Origin: Cycas panzhihuaensis
Lineage: Eukaryota; Plantae; Cycadophyta
Reading direction: 5' to 3'
Assembly: GCA_023213395.1 (NCBI GenBank)
Contig: CM041465.1
Location: forward strand, 119,915,741 to 119,979,740
DNA length: 64,000 bases
Numbering within the stretch: the first letter of the stretch is position 1; every line of letters begins with the position of its first letter. This document shows positions 55,072-64,000 of this stretch, piece after piece. Under the pieces are notes generated by a model. That model ran no database searches and was not told where the DNA came from. It saw only the letters and a program-made list of their open reading frames with translations. Both the position numbers and the translations under genes were made by a program.

Positions 55072-58000
55072 AAGATAAGCGGAAGGGTAACTGTCCCTAA
55101 GAGAGATTTCTCGCTCCCATCATACCCACGGCACTTCCAAGGGATAGGCTTGAGAGCCTTTATGCCCAGTGCCTCAACCATGCATATGAGCATGGCGTTC
55201 ACTGAAGAGTCATTGTCTACGATGGTCCTCTTCTAAGTAAAATCAAGAGTGTCAATGGTAATAATGAACGGGTAATGCCAAAAGCATTCTCGTTCGCTAG
55301 GAGATGGAAGATCTCCAAGGTCAAATGAAATAATAGGGGGTCCACGGGCAGTAGTGCCTATAGCGTGGATAAGAGCAACTCGTTGACTAAGAGCTTCCAA
55401 AAGAAGAGTGCATTGCTCGAGGCGACTCTGCAAAATGTCCATCATGGACATTCCTGCAAACACTAAGTGCAACTCTTCGATAATGGAGAAGACCTTCCCT
55501 TCCCTGTGGGTTGGGGAAGAGTCCTCCTGAAATCGTACACCCAAGATGGATAGGGATTGTCTTTGGGACAACAAGGATCTCCATAAGAGGAGCATCCGTA
55601 AGGAGTTGTTGTTGGGAAGAGGAGGCTTCACCAGCCTCCTTGGTAGCTTGGGACCACCTAACTGAGTACACGGGGGCAATCTCCAACAACTAGATAACTT
55701 TCCTGTCCTTGTTCTTAGAACGAGAAGAGGAGGTATGACGAGTTGTAAGGCTAGGAGGAGGAGAGGGATCAGCAAGGGCTTTGCCCTTGGCCCGATCCGA
55801 GGAAGGAGGAGGAGTTTGCCTCTTATTCCTCGCTCTCCTACTCTAAGGAGAATGATCTCATTCCTCATGGTTGGGAAACAAGCCCCAATGAACAAGTTGC
55901 TCCAAGTTTGGCTTGGAAGCACCCTGAGAAGGGGACTCGTGGGATGAAGCAAGTTCAAGGTGTTGCTCCCAACACCACGAGTCATCATAGAAACACTCCA
56001 CACGTACAGAATAATGCTTCTTTTCAGGAGGGGAGCGTGCCCCTTTCCTTTGACAAGCATTGTTGTTATCCGTGAATGAAGAGGTCTTGGAAGTCTGATG
56101 GACTGGATGTTGGGACTTAGGGCGGGGTTGGGTTGGTTGCAATTTAAGATCCTTAACCATTCATTCAAAAGAGAGAATGGTCGAGGTGAGAGGGTATAGG
56201 GTCTTGTTGGTGGTACCAAAAAGAGTCCTAGAAAGAAGTTGTTGCCCCTTTTGGTCCTATGACGGAGGGGATGCCTCACGACGTTGTGATTGCCTAGGAA
56301 GCTCCTTGAGACCGGCTTGGATCTCAATAGCTTGTAACGCCAAGCACTTGGCTATGGCGGAATCACAAGAGGTCCCTCCCATTTCACGACCTCAGCATGT
56401 ATCTCAGGGCACAACGCATTGACAAAGAGGTCTATCTTCAACTCTTCAAGCAATGTGGCCTTGGAAGAGTGAAGGAGGTCGTGGAATCATCGCATGAAGT
56501 CGTGATTCAACTCCTCAGAGCCATGGCAAACGCTCTAACATGCTTCGTTGAGTTGTGGGAAGAGGCACCATCAAATTTGGGCACCTCAAGAGGGTGAGGT
56601 GGCAAGTTGGTTTTCAGTGTCTCAATAGATAAGGGAGCTGACCAATAGTCAACAAAGGGGTGGGTCCCTGATTGGGCTAACAGATCAACGTGAGAATAGG
56701 GGGATGTTGAATACGAATGCTCACCTCCTACATGCGACAAGTAAGAGGTGGCATCATAGGGATAGTGCCCTTATTGGCAAGGGTCATAAGAGGCAGGAGG
56801 GTAAGATATCCCTCTTGGTGGACATGAATAAGGGGGCTTGTTGAATAAGGAGGTGGGCGAGAGGGTCTCGCTACCCCTTGAGGATGAACTACATGGGTGT
56901 GCAAAGGTCGAGGATATGCTCCTATAGGGAGAGGATGGGAAAACACGTGAGGAAGTACCTACATGAGGCATAGAACAAGGTTGATAGGATGTAGGATGGG
57001 GAATGGGGTTTTACCCATATGGACCCCTAACGAGAGGGGCAAGCCCATAAGGATGAAGGGGATCAACCCCATATATAGGAAGGAGATTTGATCCCCCATG
57101 CCCCCAGGGTTGAGATGTGTATCCTAGAGAGATGAAGAGTGAAGGGTCCATGGGTTGTGGCTATGGACAGATGAAAGGTGTGCTCCCATGTCCCGCATGG
57201 CTTACAGAAAAGGGCACAGTCGAAGGATCAAAAGGGTTAGGTGTGGTAATGGGCATGATCAAGGGATCAGAAGGGGTAGGTGTGGTAATGGGTTGGGGCA
57301 TGTTTGTTGAAAGTCAGGGCATACTTACCCTCATTGGAGGGGTTTGTATACCCAAAGTGGTTGGTTGGCCAAGAGGGTTGCATGTGGAAACATGCCTCGC
57401 TACAACTGCTTCCTATAAGGTAGAGGAAGCAAAAGGAAGAGATGAAGGAGGGGGAACGACGGAAGACGGGGAAGCCAAACTTTGAAGGAACCTATGCAAC
57501 CATTTAGGGAGTGGTTGCGCAATTGCGACCTCGAAGCATTCCCATAAGGCTTCAACTACGTCCCTATAAGAAGCGTGCGGATGGTCGTAAGAGGTGGAAG
57601 CCTTCCCTTGCCAACCAGAATGGGATGGATAGGTTGGGGGGACCCCTTCGGAACAGGAAGTAGGATCCCTAGGTTGATGGTTTCCTATGACATGCATAGG
57701 AAGTGGTTGAGGGTTTTGGCAACCTTCAACTGATTCGGTGTGATAGTAGGTAGGATCCTCACCAACTTGGGTGGGATCATAATGGGAGGAAGGCCCCTCA
57801 GAATGAGGTAAAACTAGAATACAAGGGTCATTAGCCCAATCGAAAGGATAACCCTCCATTGAAGACTCTTGGTCGAATGTAGTTATGGGGGAGTAAGATG
57901 GCTCTACCTTTGAAGGGGGGAGACTGCATAGGCGACAAAAGAAATGTCACATTCATGTCTCTACCTAGGAACCTTGGAAGTAGGAGGATAAATCTAAAAG

Positions 58001-58190
58001 GAGAGTTGTGGAATAATGCAACTCCCTAACAAGACCCTATGAAGAAAGAAGGGGATAGCGCAAGGCAACCAAAGGAAACCTAAGGGCGCCCTTATTGGCG
58101 AGTCCCGAGTATGGTCGCCAATGGAAGCACGCCTACCAGGGGTAACAAGAGGCAATCCTGCACCTACAAGCGATAGGCCTAGGGTGTGGG
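55072..58190 (-). mobile_element. Tat-like element copy 3 (PBS, Pro-rich leader, gag, truncated in protease), inverted relative to copy 2
   Basis: Reverse-complement match to 45304-48245; about 200-bp deletion in gag at 56515; PBS-like TGGCGACC after ..CTTCCA at 58113-58123. Confidence 0.85.
58103..58120 (-). promoter_or_regulatory. putative primer binding site (TGGCGACC.., possibly tRNA-Arg)
   Basis: CA-t-TGGCGACCATACTCGGGA about 250 nt upstream of the ORF starting at 57859. Confidence 0.55.
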
Positions 58191-58282
58191 GCCTAAGGGA
58201 TGCAGAATAGCTCTTCTTTGCCCACGAAGGGTGTCCATGCGTCGCTTGGGCGCAGATTCAGGACACGCATAGTGTGTGATCC

Positions 58283-59793
58283 CCGAATGGATAATATTAT
58301 TTTAAATGGTGTTTTTAAACACCGAAAGACGGTACATGTTGGGCTCCCGCCCAACTCCCGTCTATATATACCGAGCCGTAAGGCCCCCATGTGTTCTTCA
58401 ACACCGCCACTATGTTGGATTTTTCATCGAGCTATTTTCTTTTAATGCATGATTTGCTCCCTCTAAGCTATTGCCTTCATTTGGTATTAGAGCAAGGTTA
58501 TGGAACTTACGAAGCCTATTACATACATATATCTTTGTTTGGAGGAGTTTGTAAAGTTTTAATTGCACGCACGGCTAATGTATGCACTCTGTCCTGTTTA
58601 TTTGTGCAATCATATACCAATATGTTGTATCTTTAATTTTTACGTTTGGTATTAGTCTCTCTTGCATGCACTCATTTTTTTTTGTTGCAGGGTAATCATA
58701 TGATTCAGTTCGAGTCCAAAGAGAAAGAGCTAGAATTCTATTTCATCCCATTTGAAGTTGTTCCGTCCATGATGTCCAAATCCGTTTTGGGTCCATTTGT
58801 TATTGTTCCATTGAGAAACTTCGTCAACGTCCTGCATGTTTTTTAAACAGTGAAATATATATTTTTTACAAAGTTCTTATTAAATTAAACTAAATTGGAT
58901 TTTCTTTTGAAATCTACCCGCCCCTCCATGACCTAGTCGGCGGTCCTCTTTAAGTCCCATATGACCTTATTTACTATAAAAGGGGGCGGACTCCAAAACT
59001 CATTAAGCTATGATTCCAAATGAAGGCAGTAGCGAGAGTCAAAGGGAGCAAATCATGCATTAAAAGAAAATAGCTCGATTAAAAATCTAGCATAGTGGCG
59101 GTGTTGAAGAACACTTGGGGACCTTACGGCCCGGTATATATAGACGGGAGTTAGGCGGAAGCCCAACGTCTACCGTCTTTCGGTGTTTAGAAACACCATT
59201 TTAAATAATATTATCCATTCGGCTATTGTCGGCTAATGCTGGCTCCATCAACCTGAATGCCGACGCACATACATTAATAGATTAAATGTCGGCTAATGCC
59301 AACTCCACCAACCCCAATACCGACGCACATACATTAATAGATTAAATGAACATTACCCCCATAATGTTCATTTAGACTATCAATGTATGTGCGTCGGCAT
59401 TTAGGTTGATGGAGCCAGCATTAGCCGACAATAGCCGAATGGATAATATTATTTTAAATGGTGTTTTTAAACACCGAAAGATGATAGACGTTGGGCTCCC
59501 GCCCAACTCCCGTCATATTATGGGGGGAATGTTCATTTAATCTATTAATGTATGTGCGTCAGCATTGGGGTTGGTGGAGTTGGCATTAGCCGAATGGATA
59601 ATATTATTTTAAATGATGTTTTAAAACACCGAAAGATGATAGACGTTGGGCTCCCACCCAATTCCCGTCTATATATATACCGGGCCGTAAGGCCCCCAAG
59701 TGTTCTTCAACACCGCCACTATGCCGGATTTTTGATTGAGCTATTTTCTTTTGATGCATGATTTGCTCCCTCTGACTCCCGCTACTGCGTTCA
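58283..59793. mobile_element. cluster of four short (about 265 bp) TRIM-like LTR copies in direct and inverted orientation
   Basis: Copies at 58283-58479(+, followed by PBS TGGTATTAGAGC), 59021-59352(-), 59365-59514(+, partial) and 59530-59793(+, preceded by PPT GGGGGGAA); unit TGTTCATTT..TTCA. Confidence 0.75.
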
Positions 59794-59860
59794 TTCATGA
59801 GCAGATTGTTGCACCTTTCTAGATCCTATTTCTTGTAGGCTCAATGCCCTTTCTAACATT

Positions 59861-59872
59861 TGGTATCAGAGC
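59861..59872 (+). promoter_or_regulatory. tRNA-iMet primer binding site of a further LTR element; non-coding leader follows
   Basis: ..CTAACA-tt-TGGTATCAGAGC, a perfect iMet PBS after a CA end. Confidence 0.7.
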
Positions 59873-61917
59873 AGCTGATAGGTGTCATTCTCTTCTGCAT
59901 TGTTCTTGATCTAGTGAGGGTTTTCAAATCCTTGGTGACAACCTTTGCACTCCGAAGGCGATCCAAGGCTTGGTTAAGTGATTTTCTGCAATTTTTTAGC
60001 AATCTTAGCTTACTTGTAGGCTGCAGATTAATTATCTCATGGTCTAAAATTTTTTTCAAACACGTTTTGCAGGGTGCAGCACTAACTGCTGTTAAAAGCA
60101 GTGTTTTTCTCTTGATTTTCTCCATTAAAAAATTATTTTTTTGCAGAAAAAAAGCAGATCTAACAAGTCTGAACATGTTTTGACTATAAACCAGTCTTCT
60201 ATTTGCTTCTTATAGCTTGCAATTAACCTGCAACAACTTTCACTCTATTCTGGGTGGATTTATCACTATTTTTAGTGAATTTTTACCTCTAAAACCCTAT
60301 TTTTGCTCATTTCGTCTTGCAAACAGGGTGTTGGTCAGATTTCATCTTCTCTGCAACTGCTCCAGACCTCAGAAGAAGATTCTTGAAGTATTAAAAGAGG
60401 GTTTCAAACCTTAGATTATCCGTACATCTCATTTTCACCTCCACGACCTGTGTGCCCTTCCAAATACTCATTCGGTTCGTTCTCACTCTATACTCCACGA
60501 AAGCTCATGAAATTTTAAAGGATCCTTCATTGGGTTAATGCTAAGATCTCCCTGAAATTTTGTCAAGATCCGAGCATTTTTTGGCCCATATGATCAGTCT
60601 ATGTGTTTTTGGAATCATGTGGTTGTCGCCATCGTGAAATTGCTTCAAAAGTTTCATTTTTTTGAACTTTATCATTTCAACTTTAGTTTATACAATTAAG
60701 AATATTCTAATCTTAATAAACTTAAGTTTATAAAGTTTATTTTTATTCAAGTGATTTTAAGTTAATTTAATCACTTTTTTATGTCAATTTTCAGACTTTC
60801 TTACTTTTGTTGAGTTATTTAACACTTAAAAAATTCTGCATTAGTGTTATTTAACCCAATTCAAGTGATTTTTAAGTATTTCCATCATTGTAAAGTGAAA
60901 ATTTTCACTATTTTAGTGTTTTTCCTAAAGGCTCCCTACATGGTGACCTTAATACCCTAGTCAAAAAAGGGGCCAAAATTCAGTTTTTTAATAAAATCAC
61001 TTGATTTTTTGAGGTTGATTAAGACTATTTAACATCCTAACACATCGAGGTGCTTGCCTACTCTTGCAAAGTGACTTGATTTTTATCTTTAAGTGGTCTC
61101 TTACTCATTAAAATGAACCCACTAGTAGCACTATATCAAGCAAGTTCATCTTTTTTTACTTGGTCCTTTTAACACTTTTTTCATTTTTAAGTGCTTTGTA
61201 AAACACTCAATGTATTGTTTTTTTATGTACTTAGTTGTTCTTCTTAAAGCCTTATTTGTAAGTTGTTTTATAAAGCATTTTATCAAGTACATCATCCAAG
61301 TAAAAATCTACTTAAAGTCAACTTAAACTTCATAAAAATTGACTTTAAAATCTTGTGGGAGAGGCTCCAAAAAGGTTAATCCTTGAACAACAACGACGAG
61401 AACAGGAGAACGGGGAGAACGACAACTGAGACTGCTGTGCTAGGGCTAGGTCCGAACGGCGACTGGGCGACATTTTGGAAGAGGCGTCCACGATGCAGAT
61501 TGAGCGAGAAGGAGAGAGATCCACCAGGATAGAGAGTGGAAGATATGAAGGGGGGTTGGGCGGCCTAGAAGGAGACTCCACAAGCACTTACTTTAGACCA
61601 TGGAGGCGCGAGGGTGACGTCGTTTTTGAAGGAGGAAGCTCAAGCCCAATCAGCCATGGGTTCGGATGAAGAGGGTTGATGGAGGAGAGAGGGAACCAAG
61701 GTCTAGTAGTACTCTGGCAAAGAAGGAGAGGATCCAGAGTTCAAGACGAACAGAGCGTAGTACAAAGAGCACTATATCCCCTAGTAGTGCTGACCCTATA
61801 GGGCGTACATATTGGGAAAAGACCGGCAGCCACTCAACAGACATGGGAAGGAGAGGTATTATGATGTTGAAATCGTTTTAGCTATCTATTATTGTTTTTA
61901 GCTCAATCGATGAAGTT

Positions 61918-63120
61918 TTGAATATGGTGAATAATGAGTTAAATCAAAACCTAATAAACCCTAACCAGACCCAACCACCGACCTCTGGGAAGTCATACCT
62001 AGATGTGTTGAGATGCGCAGAAGAAGAAACATTTGAAATAAACCTTATTATTGATGAGGAATCTATCAGAATCCCAGTCCCAAAGAAATTGTCAAACAGA
62101 TTGGAGAAACATTGGAAGAATAGCTTAGTGGGGAGGTTTTCGGGCCCCAGACCCGTCGTGGATCCCATAACGAAATGTGTTGGACAAAGATGGAAAGTAA
62201 GAGGCCTAGTTGAGGTCATTCTGCTCCCAAAAGGATGCGTCCTATTCAAATTTATGCTTAAAGAGGATATGGTTAATATTCTATTGAAGTCACCCCAAAT
62301 GATGGGGAGGAAGGCAATGTTGATGGAAAAATGGCACCCGGAATTCGACCCGACTGAGGGGTCTGTCAAACAAATGCCTATTTGGATCCAGCTGCCTAGG
62401 TTTCCATTACAAGCCTGGCATTTGGATGTCTTAATGGGGGTAGCAAAGGCAATAGGCCCTCTCCTGGCGGTAGACTTGGCCACAAAGAACAGACACAGGC
62501 TTGTAAATGCTAGGTTGTGTGTCCTAGCTAGGATTGATAAGCCACTCCCTGAGCAAATGAAAATTGAAGGAATCCATGAATTAGAAAATGTGAGATGCTC
62601 GAAGTGTAAGCGCATGGGGCACATACCTGTGAAGTGCCCAGGAGATCCAAAGAAAGAAAGTCTAGATATCTGTGAGGATCAGAAAGGGGAAGGGCTCCCC
62701 TTGCAGGAAGGGAGGAGAGGTGTAGAGGAGGTGAGAGAAGAAGGTCAGGATCTGATCCTAGAGGAGAAGGGACCCATTTTGAAGGAAGGGGACTCGATAC
62801 CCTCGACCCCCATCCAAATCCAACCAAAGGAGGGTATGCATATAAATTTGGAGGTAGAGGAACCTTTGGAAGAGGTGAGGATTGAAGATGAGTTGATGGA
62901 AGTAGGCCAGGGGATGTTGTTGGAGGAGGAGGACACTTTGGAAGAGGAGGAGATGGAAGTCAAGGAGGGAAGCAAGGTGCAACTTACCTCAGAGGCCACA
63001 AGAGACCAATCGACTCTGGTTATGCAAACACTCAAGGAGGTAGCTAGTGGGGATAAGGAAGACCCCCAATCAAAGGTGGGGACTTTGGTTGGGCAGGAGG
63101 ATCAAAGGAAAAAGGTCTAG
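61918..63120 (+). CDS. LINE ORF1 protein (DUF4283-like RRM region plus zinc knuckle), probably prematurely terminated
   Basis: WKNSLVGRF, LMEKWHPEFDP, PIWIQLPRFPLQAW, ARLCV and CSKCKRMGHIPVKC. Confidence 0.85.
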   Translation: MNMVNNELNQNLINPNQTQPPTSGKSYLDVLRCAEEETFEINLIIDEESIRIPVPKKLSNRLEKHWKNSLVGRFSGPRPVVDPITKCVGQRWKVRGLVEVILLPKGCVLFKFMLKEDMVNILLKSPQMMGRKAMLMEKWHPEFDPTEGSVKQMPIWIQLPRFPLQAWHLDVLMGVAKAIGPLLAVDLATKNRHRLVNARLCVLARIDKPLPEQMKIEGIHELENVRCSKCKRMGHIPVKCPGDPKKESLDICEDQKGEGLPLQEGRRGVEEVREEGQDLILEEKGPILKEGDSIPSTPIQIQPKEGMHINLEVEEPLEEVRIEDELMEVGQGMLLEEEDTLEEEEMEVKEGSKVQLTSEATRDQSTLVMQTLKEVASGDKEDPQSKVGTLVGQEDQRKKV

Positions 63121-63355
63121 ATAATCAGGGGTAAAGGGACCCAAGAGACCTCCAAAGAGATGGATCAAGGAAAAGGACCAACCTTCGAGAGCAAAAGGAG
63201 ACCAGGGAGGCCTGCACATAGGGTGTTGTGAGAAAGAGAGGCATCCCTTCAGATTGACGAAGGCAGCTAGAAGACCCTAAGAGATGAAGGAGGGCAGGGT
63301 CCCAAACTTAGAAGTAAAACATGAGTATGACGGAGGATGAAGGAAGAGAGCGAAC

Positions 63356-64000
63356 ATGAAGCTCACTTCCTGGAACATATGGGGTATAAATACCCTGTCA
63401 AAAAAACAGAATGGTCAGAGAGCTTCGGTCTCATCTTGAATTGGACATTATCCTACTTTAAGAGACTAAGCTAGAAGCTCAAAACAAAGAGAAGATTAAA
63501 AGCAAATTGTGGAGGGGCGCGGAGATGATTGCCATAGATGGGGTTAGGGGTTTAGGAGGAATTATTACAATGTGGAATCCCAGAGGTTGGGAAGGAGAAT
63601 TGTGTTTCGCTGAGAACCATGTAATATCCAGCTAGATGACTGTAGCAGAAATTCAAATATGAAATGGCTAGTCTCGAATGTATATGCTCCGTTGACGCAG
63701 GATGGGAGGAAGCGTTTGTGGGATAGATTGTTGGAGGTTCACAAAGATTGGAAGGGACCATGGCTAATTGTTGGGGACTTTAATACGGCTTTAGCCCCTG
63801 GGGAGAAGAATGGTGGCTAGGGAGTTTGGACTAGAAGCATGGCGAACTTAGGGGAGTTTATGTAGAGAGGGGGCTTGATGGATGTTGTGCTTAGGGGTCC
63901 CAAGTTCACTTGGTCCAATAGGAGGCTGGGTGGTCACCATATTTAGGTCAGATTAGACAGAGTCCTAATAAACTATGCTTGGGCAAGCTGGCACAGCAAC
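63356..64000 (+). pseudogene. LINE ORF2 apurinic-type endonuclease domain, disrupted
   Basis: MKLTSWNIWG, DIILL*ETK, WLIVGDFN and FTWSNRR..RLDRVL with stops and frameshifts. Confidence 0.85.

Larger units (their letters stand above)
61345..64000 (+). mobile_element. L1-clade LINE, 5' part (runs off the window); left boundary approximate
   Basis: Abrupt shift from AT-rich to purine-rich sequence at about 61345; ORF1 followed by an endonuclease-bearing ORF2. Confidence 0.88.

Noticed and set aside
55233-56327. 364-aa ORF as an independent gene
   Set aside because: Mosaic of frames through the decayed gag-protease region of Tat-like copy 3.
58283-59793. Cassandra TRIM or CRISPR-like array
   Set aside because: No 5S rRNA similarity seen in the LTR; units are long, in mixed orientation, with no unique spacers or cas genes.
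59853-60414. Overlapping 65-107 aa ORFs after the PBS
   Set aside because: No recognisable motifs; composition fits a non-coding retroelement leader.

Overview
Eukaryotic land-plant DNA (inferred: a large-genome plant, plausibly a fern, lycophyte or gymnosperm) made almost entirely of nested retrotransposons. The only host-gene sequence recognised is one clean 177-nt exon of an RNA polymerase subunit 5 (RPB5-family) gene on the minus strand (43113-43289). No neighbouring exons were seen, so the window may be two very large TE-filled introns. Elements delimited by LTR pairs and target-site duplications: a deleted Athila-like Ty3/gypsy (8154-14230, TSD CATAC); its full-length relative with an extra 3' ORF (23691-34049, TSD ACACT); a decayed copia derivative (37774-42079); and a near-complete Ty1/copia (49654-54981, TSD AACTA). 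Also present: three partial copies of a Tat-like gypsy family, two showing gag-protease-archaeal-type RNase H with no RT between protease and RNase H (the third is truncated in the protease); a split copia; an unclassified repeat forming a multi-kb inverted repeat; a fold-back cluster of short TRIM-like LTRs; (TA)n microsatellites; and the 5' part of an L1-clade LINE. Best candidates for novelty: the RT-less gag-PR-aRH family, the extra ORF and PR-RT insert of the Athila-like element, GTAC-dense LTRs, and three inverted-repeat structures around an isolated RPB5 exon. All alignments were done by eye.
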